A DNA stretch of 64,000 nucleotides from an uncultured virus (IMG/VR IMGVR_UViG_3300027970_000018). Lineage: Duplodnaviria; Heunggongvirae; Uroviricota; Caudoviricetes. Position numbers and translations under genes: made by a program. Each line of letters begins with the position of its first letter. Positions within the stretch are counted from its first letter, which is position 1. The notes under the pieces are model-generated. The model saw nothing but the letters and a program-made list of their open reading frames with translations. It was not told where the DNA came from and made no database searches. This document shows, piece after piece, positions 39,071 to 48,905 of this stretch. The stretch lies in IMG/VR virus record IMGVR_UViG_3300027970_000018. One strand, written 5' to 3'.

Positions 39071-40780
39071 TTATCGTTGTAACTCGATTGTTACTTGACG
39101 AGATACATCCAACACTAAACAAGCACTGCTTGAGTGTGCCCAGAATGTACGACCCATCGTTTTCAAACTTGATTGTACGTAACTTGCATTACCATCGTTA
39201 GCCATACGACCTTGCTCGTAACCAAATGTTACGTGAGCTCCTTCTGGCTTGATGTAGTAAATGTTTGAGTTCACTGTTCCACCTTCTACAAGTGTAGCGT
39301 TCTTAACAGATTTAGCTACGTTGCTATAAGCTGGGCTTGATGCATCACGAATGATTGCACTGTGCGAAGTCCAAGCGTAACCATTGTCACCGTAGAATCC
39401 TCTTGTCAACTTATCAGCCAATGGTTGGTAGTCTAAAGTATCATCTAAAGTAGCTTTGATTTTTCCAATTCCAGGTATTTTAACTGAACGGAAACGAACT
39501 GCGTCCATATCCAATGCACCTAAACTTCCTGATAAAGGAGACTCGATACGAGTTGTTGTTCCAAGTAATCCAGCCAAACCATTTAATTGTTGTGTTGTCT
39601 CTTCACGGAACAAGTGCTCGATTTCTGCGTGCATTCTAGATCCTACGTCCAAGCCTAATTCTCTTTCGTGAACTGGCATGTCAGAATTTTTGAATACATA
39701 AGAAGCTGCATTGTGTAAGTGGTCTAAAGTTAAACCTCCTTCTTTTGCATAGCGGATAATTTTTCCTCTACGGTACTGATGCCAAGCTCCTTCGTTAATC
39801 ATTTTTGTACCACCGTTACCTGTACGGAATACACCAGCTTTAGCCATAACCAATGCTTGTGCTTCCATTTGAGCTAACTCAGCTAACACGAAATATTCAA
39901 CAGCTGGACCAACTCTTAAATTAGCGGTATTTGTTGGGTCAAAACCTGGTTTACCTGACTGTGCGTCTTTAACGATTTTAGTCATAAAGTACATGTCTTT
40001 GTTGTCTCCGATCATGTTCTCTAATTGGCGCATTGCTTTCTCTTTAGTAGCATCTGTAACAGATTTCAAACCTGGAGCTTTCATTCTTGCAGCTTTATCT
40101 GTGTAGAAAGTCTCCACTGAACGGTGGTCTCCTAAGATAAACTCACAAGTAATTGTTCCGATTGGGTTGTCAATCAAGTTGATACCAGAGTAGTTAACTC
40201 CAAGCTCAGGCATAATGTTAGTCACTTTCATGTAACTTGTGCCTGGTTTCAATTTTTCAGGTGGGAAGAATTTCTCTTTATCCAAAGAAGAAATTTGACA
40301 ATAATGTCTGAATCCGTCACCAACTGGCTCAACAGGGATGTCAGCTACGTGACACTGCTCACCAAATAGTGGATCATAAGTTAATACATCTCCTGGTTGG
40401 AATTCTTCTGAAAGAATCAATTCAAAGATTGTTTCACCTTGTCCTGGTCTTGCAGTTAATGTAGACGTATCCTCAGTTACTGTTGCACAGGCATTCTCCC
40501 TGTGTACAGGCAAATCATACGTAATTGATTCTGTTGGAGTCACCTCTAATACAGCTGACTTCTCGAACAAATTACGCATAAAAGTCATTGGTCTCTTGTG
40601 AGTTGTCGCAAACAAGTTAACCATACCTAAATGTTTCTTATGAGAATTCTCATCATTTAATAGGTATGCAGAAACTTTTGGTGCGTCAAACCACTTTAAG
40701 TCCTTCACCGATTTACTCGAAGTGAAGCCAACAACCATATCCCCATTGATTGAGGGGAACGTGCTAAATTGGTTATTCAT
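39071..40780 (-). CDS. Major capsid protein (569 aa)
   Basis: Position terminase-portal-acidic protein-MCP as in crAss-like phages; biased codon usage of a highly expressed gene; followed by a terminator. Confidence 0.75.
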   Translation of the reverse strand: MNNQFSTFPSINGDMVVGFTSSKSVKDLKWFDAPKVSAYLLNDENSHKKHLGMVNLFATTHKRPMTFMRNLFEKSAVLEVTPTESITYDLPVHRENACATVTEDTSTLTARPGQGETIFELILSEEFQPGDVLTYDPLFGEQCHVADIPVEPVGDGFRHYCQISSLDKEKFFPPEKLKPGTSYMKVTNIMPELGVNYSGINLIDNPIGTITCEFILGDHRSVETFYTDKAARMKAPGLKSVTDATKEKAMRQLENMIGDNKDMYFMTKIVKDAQSGKPGFDPTNTANLRVGPAVEYFVLAELAQMEAQALVMAKAGVFRTGNGGTKMINEGAWHQYRRGKIIRYAKEGGLTLDHLHNAASYVFKNSDMPVHERELGLDVGSRMHAEIEHLFREETTQQLNGLAGLLGTTTRIESPLSGSLGALDMDAVRFRSVKIPGIGKIKATLDDTLDYQPLADKLTRGFYGDNGYAWTSHSAIIRDASSPAYSNVAKSVKNATLVEGGTVNSNIYYIKPEGAHVTFGYEQGRMANDGNASYVQSSLKTMGRTFWAHSSSACLVLDVSRQVTIELQR

Positions 40781-40810
40781 TTTTTAATTTTTTAAAAAGT
40801 TAAAATCCTA

Positions 40811-41941
40811 CTATTCAAGTGGTATAAACATACCTCCTGATTGTTCATTTTTTTGTGTCTTAGTTTCGGACTCTGAACTTCTTTTGATTCTAATGGTTCC
40901 AGCTTTCATAGCTGTACTAACTTTCTGCTCAGTGAGCTTCTTGTTAGTGATTTGTTTAATGTACTCTTCTCTGTCCATTAACCATAAGGCTAACTCTGAT
41001 GATAGTACAGGGTTTAAACGTATCTCCATTAATTTTTTGTCAAAATCAGTTAAGTTTCCGTCACTCGTTTTACTTGCGAAGTCAACAATTTTAGCTTTTA
41101 CGGTATCTTTCAACTCGAAGTTAGAATCAAGCTCCTTTTTAACATCTTTACGATAAAGCTTTAATTTCTCTTGGCGAGCTTCGTTTTCCTTAATTGCTTC
41201 TTGCTTTTGCTGCTCTGCAAATTTGGTCATAGCTTCTCTGATTTTTTGGTCAGATTCTAAAGCTTTATCTCGTAGCACACCTTTGTCTTCGTAGTATTTA
41301 ATAAGTGCCTCGATTTCCTCTGGGTCTTTATTATTACCTTGCATCAAAAGGGCAACTGCTTGACGTTGACCCTCAGTAGTATCCAAGTCGAGAGCATCTA
41401 AGGGGTCTAAATATGTTTGCTTGTTTTGTAGTACAGATGTGATGTTACCACCCTTCTGTTCTATCTCAATCATTGTTTTAGTCAACTCAGAAACTCCTTT
41501 AATTGATATCTTATCTTTCGAGACTTCCTCTTTTTCTGTTTCAACTAATTGTTGTACGATGTCTGTGTAAAGCTCTTCATCAATATCTAATTCCTCGATA
41601 GGGATTTCTACCGTTTCACCGTTTTCATCTTCTTGAGCAACTGAACTTACGTTTAGCTTTCTCAATAAGCTACGGTACAACTCTTGGTTTGGGTTTGTCG
41701 AAATTGGTTCTAGCGTTTGCTTCTCACGATCTTGAATAGATTGTACGCTTTCCTCTTCCTCGGAACCTTCGCCTCCGTTGTTTTTATTTTCGTTATTCAA
41801 AGAACTTTTATCCTCTTCCTCAGTAATCGCTATTACTTCTGGAACTACTACTTCTTCTTTCTTTTCTTCTGTGGATTTAAACTCAAATGGGTTGTCATCC
41901 TTTAAAGAATCGAAAGTTATGATACCTGCGGTTTCACTCAT
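40811..41941 (-). CDS. Acidic scaffold-like protein (crAss gene 77-like)
   Basis: Glu-rich N-terminus and coiled coil, between portal and MCP. Confidence 0.6.
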   Translation of the reverse strand: MSETAGIITFDSLKDDNPFEFKSTEEKKEEVVVPEVIAITEEEDKSSLNNENKNNGGEGSEEEESVQSIQDREKQTLEPISTNPNQELYRSLLRKLNVSSVAQEDENGETVEIPIEELDIDEELYTDIVQQLVETEKEEVSKDKISIKGVSELTKTMIEIEQKGGNITSVLQNKQTYLDPLDALDLDTTEGQRQAVALLMQGNNKDPEEIEALIKYYEDKGVLRDKALESDQKIREAMTKFAEQQKQEAIKENEARQEKLKLYRKDVKKELDSNFELKDTVKAKIVDFASKTSDGNLTDFDKKLMEIRLNPVLSSELALWLMDREEYIKQITNKKLTEQKVSTAMKAGTIRIKRSSESETKTQKNEQSGGMFIPLE

Positions 41942-42038
41942 ACAAAATTATTTTGATTATTATTGTGGTGCAATTTTATAGGTTATTTAGAATTTAACCT
42001 AAAAGTTTATAGGATTATACCTTATAAAGTCGGGAAAG

Positions 42039-44798
42039 TTAGTTTTTGTTAGCAAGTGCGATTCTTTCTTTTGATTCGTTTGTTTCACGTTTTAGTTTCA
42101 GTTCCTCTGTTTTTAGTTGTAGTTCCTGCATACGTAGTTGTAGGGTTGACAAACCATTTTGTTGGTCCGCTTTGAGCTTTTCTTTCTTAACTTCTAAGTC
42201 AGAGTCAATCTTATATTTCTCTAAAGCTTGTTTTGAAGTTTCATTAATATTTGTAAGGCTTTCTAAAGAAGTATCAGTTGTAGCTGCTCTACCTTCTGCT
42301 TGCATTTCTCCAACAGCTAATTTAACTTGGTTATTTTTATCAACGATTTGTACATCTCTTTGATGTGCTTTCTCTGCAAGTTGGTCTTTAAGTGCTGCAT
42401 CTTCTTGAAGAAGTTGTTTCTCATATTCAAATTTTTGTTGCTCTTGTTCTTGTCTTCTTTGATTAGCTTCAGTTGCAATTTCAATCAATTCTTGCATTGA
42501 GTCAGAAGAAATTAGTTTAGCAAGTGCTACGAAGTCATTCCCAACAGTGTTGTCATTGATGATTTTTTGTTTGAACAACTCCACTTCTTTTTTCTTTCTT
42601 GAATCTTTTGAGGGGATTAATCCTAGCTTTCTGAAAGGGAAGTTTGGATCACTCATTCTGAGATAAGCAATGCTCGCATCATCTTTTGTATAAACAAGTG
42701 TGTTATCTAATTTATTCGACTGTGCGTATTGAGCAACTGAAAGGTGTAATTCTAAAGCTCGTTTTTCGTAGTAATTGAATTCCTGGAAAATTTCAGCGAT
42801 TGCTGATGTACTTGCCTCCTGATTTAGCCTTACCCCTTCTGCAGTTTCGTATTTAGTTGGTTGTAATGCTTGCTGAGGATTTGTACCTACTGTTTCGTAA
42901 GCAAGTGCTTTGTACTTGTCTGCCAATCCTACTCTGTATTGAATTTGTCCAGCGTAAGTTAAATTATGTGTTGTAAATTGATTAAAGTTGTTTTGGTTCT
43001 TATCAGACTCTCCAGAGGTTTGTACTGGTAAAATCCCAATATCCTTTGCTAAGTTACGCATTTCAACCATTGCTTCCTGCGCATTTCCCCAGCCATTAAT
43101 TTCCGATGGAATAAGTGTAACATCTAATAGAAAGAAAATACCAATCTCTTTCTCAAGCAAGTTGTAAATTTGGTTCATTACCAAATTATATGCTGCTTGG
43201 TATGGCATTACTTTGTGTGCCCAAGGTTCTCCAATATATCCTGCTACTGGAATCTTAATATCAAACTCGCTATCTCCTTTGATTTGGTGGTCACATCTTT
43301 TGCAGTATAAATAAAGGTCTTCTTTTAAGTTTGAGCTTTTAATTTTTACTCCTTCGTAACACACTGGTTTAAGAACCCACTTGATTGTATTAAGTTCTCT
43401 TTTTTCTAACTCTCTTCCGTTACGGACTACATCTACAATACTTGATTTAAAATCTTGTTTGATTCCATTCTCTCTTAGGAATTCAGGCAAGATGTCTTCT
43501 GTTACTTCTTCTGTTACGATTAGTCCAGACTCTGTTTCATACGTTAATAGTCCCCAATATTCTTCTGCTATGAAGTATACTTCTGTCACTTGACATAGGT
43601 CATCTCTGTGTTTGAAATCACTCCTTAATATTGATGCATGTTGTGCATAATGGTCCATAGATACTTTACTTTGGTATCTTGGTAGGAATCTATCTCTTTT
43701 TTGTTGTGTACCATCTTTATCAAACCATATTGTTTCGCCCATCGGGGTTCCGAAATGATCTTGTATACCAAGTAGGTTGTTATAATCTGTTGCTCCATCG
43801 AAAGGGACCCACATTGGTTTATTGAAGTTGCTATTTAAGGCTTGTTCAATTGTTCCGGATACTTCTCCAGTTCCAATGAATGTTTTCCAGTCAGGATTTC
43901 CTCCTAATAAATCTTTTTGCTTGTCTGTGGTAATATATGCACCATGTTTACTGATTACCTCAGATGGGGTCATATAATGATACCTTCCAACGTAGCGGCA
44001 ATCTTGTGCGAAACGTGAGTCCACTTCTTTAGAGAAGAATGTATTTTTTGGGCTCCAAGTAATTGGTCTATAGTTGTCATAGCCAATTTTGTACTCTCGG
44101 AAGCATCTGCCTGTAAGTAGTTTATCTTTTAATTCTGTTTTTCCGAGATCATTTAATTCAAAAACTTCTCGGTCTCTCTCAAGTGTAGCTTCTCCCCACT
44201 TCATGCCGTTACTCTTGAATCCTTTCTTTGAAGATTGCAAAGTATCTTTTGGAGTAGCTTGTATTTTTGCTTGTTCGAGTTGTTGGATGTATTGCTGTTG
44301 CTCTTCTTGAGATGAGAACTGCTTTCCTTCTATTGTTAGGCCATGTTTTGCCAAAGCCATTTTAACTTCTTCCTCGCTAATACGCTCAAGCTCTTTTTGA
44401 ATTTGCTCGTTCTTATATCTTAGGAATTCGTTTGTTCCTATTTCACCTGTATCAGTGACGTGGAACTTGTCTTGCATATCTATGTACTTGGCTACGATGT
44501 CACGGACCAATCCTCCGATTAAGTCGTAGTGTTTTAAGAATGCTGGGACTCCTACACCGTCTAAAGCATCGGCTAACTTCTCCAAATGTGGCACAGCAGA
44601 TTTTAACTCCTGGTATGACATTTTTCCTTCAACCATTCTATAATAGTCGTGGAATTTGAGGTTCTCAATAAACTGTTCTCTACCAATATATTCAAAAGCA
44701 TCCATGACAGCTCTCTGCCATTTATCGGATTCTTTTACTGATTTCTTAACCCATAATGGAGGAAGTACATCAGTTTGGTTTATATTGTTAGGGTACAT
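42039..44798 (-). CDS. Portal protein (919 aa)
   Basis: crAss-like portal pattern (LP..W..K..K...W, LKHYDLIG, C.YVGR.HYMT.SEV, MPYQ.AYN.VMNQ), C-terminal coiled coil; downstream of terminase. Confidence 0.85.
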   Translation of the reverse strand: MYPNNINQTDVLPPLWVKKSVKESDKWQRAVMDAFEYIGREQFIENLKFHDYYRMVEGKMSYQELKSAVPHLEKLADALDGVGVPAFLKHYDLIGGLVRDIVAKYIDMQDKFHVTDTGEIGTNEFLRYKNEQIQKELERISEEEVKMALAKHGLTIEGKQFSSQEEQQQYIQQLEQAKIQATPKDTLQSSKKGFKSNGMKWGEATLERDREVFELNDLGKTELKDKLLTGRCFREYKIGYDNYRPITWSPKNTFFSKEVDSRFAQDCRYVGRYHYMTPSEVISKHGAYITTDKQKDLLGGNPDWKTFIGTGEVSGTIEQALNSNFNKPMWVPFDGATDYNNLLGIQDHFGTPMGETIWFDKDGTQQKRDRFLPRYQSKVSMDHYAQHASILRSDFKHRDDLCQVTEVYFIAEEYWGLLTYETESGLIVTEEVTEDILPEFLRENGIKQDFKSSIVDVVRNGRELEKRELNTIKWVLKPVCYEGVKIKSSNLKEDLYLYCKRCDHQIKGDSEFDIKIPVAGYIGEPWAHKVMPYQAAYNLVMNQIYNLLEKEIGIFFLLDVTLIPSEINGWGNAQEAMVEMRNLAKDIGILPVQTSGESDKNQNNFNQFTTHNLTYAGQIQYRVGLADKYKALAYETVGTNPQQALQPTKYETAEGVRLNQEASTSAIAEIFQEFNYYEKRALELHLSVAQYAQSNKLDNTLVYTKDDASIAYLRMSDPNFPFRKLGLIPSKDSRKKKEVELFKQKIINDNTVGNDFVALAKLISSDSMQELIEIATEANQRRQEQEQQKFEYEKQLLQEDAALKDQLAEKAHQRDVQIVDKNNQVKLAVGEMQAEGRAATTDTSLESLTNINETSKQALEKYKIDSDLEVKKEKLKADQQNGLSTLQLRMQELQLKTEELKLKRETNESKERIALANKN

Positions 44799-44819
44799 GT
44801 TTTATTTTTAAATTAAGGT

Positions 44820-45011
44820 TTAGTAACCTTTCTTTTTAACTTTCATGGAAGTTTTTGTACCACCTTTTTTGAGTTTCTTAAAAGATGATTTTTGAGCATC
44901 CTTTGCAACATCTGAAAACTTCCTAGTTACCTTAGATTCATTCTGACTTCTTAGGAAGCGAGTCTCATCCATAAGACTTTGCTTAGTCACTTTCTTTTTT
45001 GGCTGTAACAT
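44820..45011 (-). CDS. Small Lys-rich protein
   Basis: 63-aa ORF in operon context, LKKGGT motif. Confidence 0.55.
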   Translation of the reverse strand: MLQPKKKVTKQSLMDETRFLRSQNESKVTRKFSDVAKDAQKSSFKKLKKGGTKTSMKVKKKGY

Positions 45012-45013
45012 AA

Positions 45014-45343
45014 TTATTTCTTTTTAGGAGTTACTTTTTTAATTCCGGCACTCACGCCAGTGGGTTTTTTATATGTAATAGTTCGTGAAGCCCCCTTTTT
45101 AAATTCTGCGATTTTCTTAGGTACATCTTTTCTGTTTATCTTAGAATCTGAATACATCCCACTACCAGGGCTTGTACGTAAGGTAAACTCTTTCTTACCT
45201 TTTGCATACCCAGTTGTATCCATAGATTCGTAAGTGGCACTTATACCTGTTATGTGAGCTGGTTTAGTTCTACCTACCCTGCCATTCTTAAATGCCATGT
45301 AGGTGCCAGTTGCTTTTTTAGACCCTTTCTTTGGTGTTTGCAT
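45014..45343 (-). CDS. Small Lys-rich protein
   Basis: 109-aa ORF with A-rich initiation region. Confidence 0.6.
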   Translation of the reverse strand: MQTPKKGSKKATGTYMAFKNGRVGRTKPAHITGISATYESMDTTGYAKGKKEFTLRTSPGSGMYSDSKINRKDVPKKIAEFKKGASRTITYKKPTGVSAGIKKVTPKKK

Positions 45344-45422
45344 TTTTCTAATTTTTAAGTTTTAAAATACAAATTTTGAAAATAATCTGACAATAAAAAA
45401 GTTTATAGGAAATCCTCTGATT

Positions 45423-47534
45423 TTAGCGAATTGTGTACGGATTTAATCTTCGACTTCCGTATGCTCCAGATAATTTTACTTTCTTTTCTTTTGGTTTTTG
45501 GCTTCCATACCAATCGATGTCCGAACCTGTATTTAATACATTCATGCTCTTTCTAAATGATTTTGGACGAACATTGTCTACATCTAACATTACTGCGTGA
45601 AGTAATGCGTGAGAGAATGCCTCTTTTCTATCGGAGTTTTTTCCAGGTTCCCAATCTCGGAGTTCTTTTAATAAATCGATATCGTCTATGAATTCTACTC
45701 CGTATTTAATTATCTCGTTATTGTCATCATCTACTCCTACTACGTGCTCTTCCCAACACCAGTCAACAAGTACTTTTAGTCTATGTTCATTGTTTCCTGC
45801 GCTTGGATACAAACCATATTTTTTGGTGAGGTTTTTGTTGTTTCGGCTTTCCTTGGATTTGGCGAATGTAATTGCCGGTGCAAGCCAAAGGTGTGCTTTG
45901 TGTCTTCCCTCTAAATAGTCCTCAAAAGAGACATCGGCAGACTCCATCAAACACTCTGCTGCCCAACATTCAATCATAGTTTCAATTTGTCTGTGGAAAT
46001 CTAAATGTCGATTTGGTCTCGTTGTTAATGAAGCTGCAATTGTTTCACAAGGGCTATTTACGGACATATTTCTACGTTTGATTACGTAGAATGATCCGAG
46101 TGAATCAGTTCCAGATACGTTCAGCTTATAATCATCGAGTCCTGAAACGAACATATACTTCTCTGGAGGAGTTTGTGGTAAATCGTCAAACAATAAAATT
46201 GGTGCGTCCATAACACCTCCATCGTGACTTACTTTTGCTCTACGTTTGTCCGAAAATGCTTGTACGAATTTTGGTCCATCTCTTAGGATTTGAATGTTCT
46301 TCCCTATGTCACCATCATCTTCAAGTGCTTTGATTGTTCTCTCAATTGCTTCTGTTGGAAACGGGTTTGTCCCTGTTTTCAAGAAACAATCTTTCAAGGT
46401 TATGGGATAATACATTCGGTTTTTATCCCTAGTATCTCGTATACCTGATTTCTTTAATTCATCAATTCTTTTCTCTGCTTTCTCCCAATCGGTTACTCGC
46501 ATTTCAATTTTAGCTAACTCCTTATCTTTTATCTTCAGGTAGTCTGCTAAATTTGTTTTTAATTTCTTTACTTCTAGACGATATGACATTTGTCCTGGAA
46601 CGAATGTTCCGAACTTCATATTGTAATCATTTCTCCAAGTTCTTCTGTCTAGTGGTACATCTCGTTCTAGTCGGTCAAAATCTATGGACAACAAACCATA
46701 AGCTGAGGGGTCTTCCATGACCTTACGTGCGTCCTCTACCTTATCTAAGTTACCTGATGTTCCGCTCAAGATTGGTACGAGTTTATATCCCTCATCTGTT
46801 CTAAAAGATGGGAGAGCTGTTTCAAATGGTTCTCGGAAACTGTATTTACCAATCTCATCCCCAATGTATCCAATTGGGCTTGTTCCTGCGCCCTTTTCAG
46901 ATTTTGATTCTTTACCTTCCTCTAAGTTGGTAATTAAAATCTCAGAATGCTTATAAGACTTACCTGCAGTACTTTTATCCTTAAATCCAAACTCAATACT
47001 TTCAGTCCAATCTTTTGATAAAGTTGGTAGAAAGAATGCATCTGTAATATTTGTAAATGATACTTGTAATGCCCTAGAGATGTGCCCTAAATCGACTTTA
47101 TTTCCCCCTACTATTTGAAATAACCCTACGGGATTTGTTAGAACTGTTTGGTGCGTAAGCATGGAAATATAAGTCGTCTTACCAAATCCACGAGTTCCAA
47201 AAAGCAATAACCCTTTGTTTTCTGATCTTGCCCTCTTATATGAGTCGATGATATATAGAATGTTATCATCAAGTGGTGGGTGCATTACCACGTCTTTACT
47301 GTCTCCTCTAGCGTCCTTTGTAGGGATTGCAGCATGGAAATAATTTATGTAGAAGTAAAGTTGGGGGTGAATGTGATAACCCCCAATATTTACTCCGTTT
47401 TTTATTTTTTCTAACTCCTCAGACCAAAATTGTTCAACTTCTCTTTTTTGGTTATAATATGGTATTCCCTTTTCCCATTTGGGAATATCTTTCATGTTAA
47501 TTAATAACTCTGTCGATCTGGAGTATGATGCCAT
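45423..47534 (-). CDS. terL: Terminase large subunit
   Basis: Walker A LLFGTRGFGKT, Walker B YIGDEIGK, SGTSG coupling motif, RNase H-like GLDDY...DSLGS and NSDR. Confidence 0.9.
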   Translation of the reverse strand: MASYSRSTELLINMKDIPKWEKGIPYYNQKREVEQFWSEELEKIKNGVNIGGYHIHPQLYFYINYFHAAIPTKDARGDSKDVVMHPPLDDNILYIIDSYKRARSENKGLLLFGTRGFGKTTYISMLTHQTVLTNPVGLFQIVGGNKVDLGHISRALQVSFTNITDAFFLPTLSKDWTESIEFGFKDKSTAGKSYKHSEILITNLEEGKESKSEKGAGTSPIGYIGDEIGKYSFREPFETALPSFRTDEGYKLVPILSGTSGNLDKVEDARKVMEDPSAYGLLSIDFDRLERDVPLDRRTWRNDYNMKFGTFVPGQMSYRLEVKKLKTNLADYLKIKDKELAKIEMRVTDWEKAEKRIDELKKSGIRDTRDKNRMYYPITLKDCFLKTGTNPFPTEAIERTIKALEDDGDIGKNIQILRDGPKFVQAFSDKRRAKVSHDGGVMDAPILLFDDLPQTPPEKYMFVSGLDDYKLNVSGTDSLGSFYVIKRRNMSVNSPCETIAASLTTRPNRHLDFHRQIETMIECWAAECLMESADVSFEDYLEGRHKAHLWLAPAITFAKSKESRNNKNLTKKYGLYPSAGNNEHRLKVLVDWCWEEHVVGVDDDNNEIIKYGVEFIDDIDLLKELRDWEPGKNSDRKEAFSHALLHAVMLDVDNVRPKSFRKSMNVLNTGSDIDWYGSQKPKEKKVKLSGAYGSRRLNPYTIR

Positions 47535-48061
47535 TATTTTTTAGGTTGTACTGAAAACATAGGTGAATTGAATGCAGCTTCAATTGCTTCTGGAGACTCT
47601 GCTCTTTCTTTTAACGAAACATAAGTTTTGTCGTACTCTTCTGCGTCTACAATTGATACTGTTTTCTTGTCAATATCAATGTTGAAGATGCTTCTTGATG
47701 CCTCAATCAGTTTTTCAATCTCTGCTTTATCAGACTCTTCTAATTCTGTGTCAATTGCATTTAAAACACAAATTTCATAGTACTCAACAAAAATAGCAGA
47801 TAGCCTTTGGTGTACAATCTGTTTCATTTGGATGTTGAAATTTGCTTGGTGTACTGCAATAATATCATCCTTAACATCTTGAGCTGTTAGGTTAGGGTTT
47901 TGCTCTCTAAGTGTTAAAACTTTCAACCTATTTTGGTCAATTGTTTCAACCTCAGCATCCATTGAATTAACAAGAATCTCTAAGCTATTCTTTGCTCTGT
48001 CAAATCTTGCTCTAAGACTTTCTTTTAAATTTACTTCTAGTAATTCAGTGTTATTCTCCAT
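47534..48061 (-). CDS. Hypothetical protein
   Basis: 175-aa ORF coupled to terL. Confidence 0.65.
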   Translation of the reverse strand: MENNTELLEVNLKESLRARFDRAKNSLEILVNSMDAEVETIDQNRLKVLTLREQNPNLTAQDVKDDIIAVHQANFNIQMKQIVHQRLSAIFVEYYEICVLNAIDTELEESDKAEIEKLIEASRSIFNIDIDKKTVSIVDAEEYDKTYVSLKERAESPEAIEAAFNSPMFSVQPKK

Positions 48062-48434
48062 CTTGTTCGTCTTTTGGTTCTTCAGCTAAATTTTGCAACT
48101 CTTCTCTTGTAATTAGTTCTGTTAATCCCGCATCAACATTTTTGATATGTTGCTCCATTAAACTTAAAGTCAATCTATCGTGGTTAGCGATTGAAATGTC
48201 CGTTAATTGTAGTAAAACAATCAAATTTTGTTTAAATTGATTCAATATTTGAACCGACTTATCTTGCAAGTTTATGAAATCAGCAAACATTGTTCCTGGT
48301 ATTGTTACAGTGCTTCCAGCTACATATTTCTGTAACATGTACTTATCCTGATTCACTTTTTCTTGAAGTGCGTCTAACTTCTGCTCAATTGGAAGTTTTT
48401 TCTTTTGCGTAATCGCTTTTTTAGGTTTATCCAT
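48051..48434 (-). CDS. Hypothetical protein
   Basis: Start trimmed to MDKPKK, TAATG-coupled. Confidence 0.6.
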   Translation of the reverse strand: MDKPKKAITQKKKLPIEQKLDALQEKVNQDKYMLQKYVAGSTVTIPGTMFADFINLQDKSVQILNQFKQNLIVLLQLTDISIANHDRLTLSLMEQHIKNVDAGLTELITREELQNLAEEPKDEQDGE

Positions 48435-48697
48435 TATTTGGGGTTTTTGTTTGCGTTTATTATGTAAATAGCTACTTTTTGATAACAAGGTCTACAACTC
48501 ATTGCAACTCTTCTCTCTCCGCTTGTTTCATTATAATAATCAAATGCAACTTTCCATTCAAAACTTGGATACGGTTTTTTAAGCATTACCTCTATTTGAG
48601 AAGTTGCAAAAGGTGGGGAATAATCGGTTATTTGTTTTTCTTTCACTATTTGGGGGGTTTTGTTTAAATACTTAAATATACGTTTAATCAAGATCAT
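48434..48697 (-). CDS. Hypothetical protein with CxxC
   Basis: Operon-coupled ORF, MSCRPC motif. Confidence 0.55.
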   Translation of the reverse strand: MILIKRIFKYLNKTPQIVKEKQITDYSPPFATSQIEVMLKKPYPSFEWKVAFDYYNETSGERRVAMSCRPCYQKVAIYIINANKNPK

Positions 48698-48905
48698 ACT
48701 CTCTAGTTTCTATTTCGTATGCCAATGCTTTTGACATCGCTGAATACACTTCTTTATCTGTTAACTGCAAAAAATCTTTTTTCTTGAAGTCTCCAAACTT
48801 ATTATGCATTATCATCGTGTGATACATTATTTGTCCAAGAGACCAGTCTGGACATTCTTTTAAAAACTCTAAGAACTTTCTATGTACTAATCTCTTGTAA
48901 TTCAT
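48684..48905 (-). CDS. Hypothetical protein
   Basis: Operon-coupled ORF. Confidence 0.6.
   Translation of the reverse strand: MNYKRLVHRKFLEFLKECPDWSLGQIMYHTMIMHNKFGDFKKKDFLQLTDKEVYSAMSKALAYEIETREYDLD

Noticed and set aside
38997..39122. N-terminal extension of the 38034 ORF overlapping the MCP end (possible frameshift or read-through)
   Set aside because: It crosses a terminator hairpin and has no evident slippery site; ATG 38996 has a good A-rich initiation region.
5786..48667. Many plus-strand ORFs opposite the structural genes
   Set aside because: Antisense shadows rich in Ser/Phe/Leu with no recognisable motifs.
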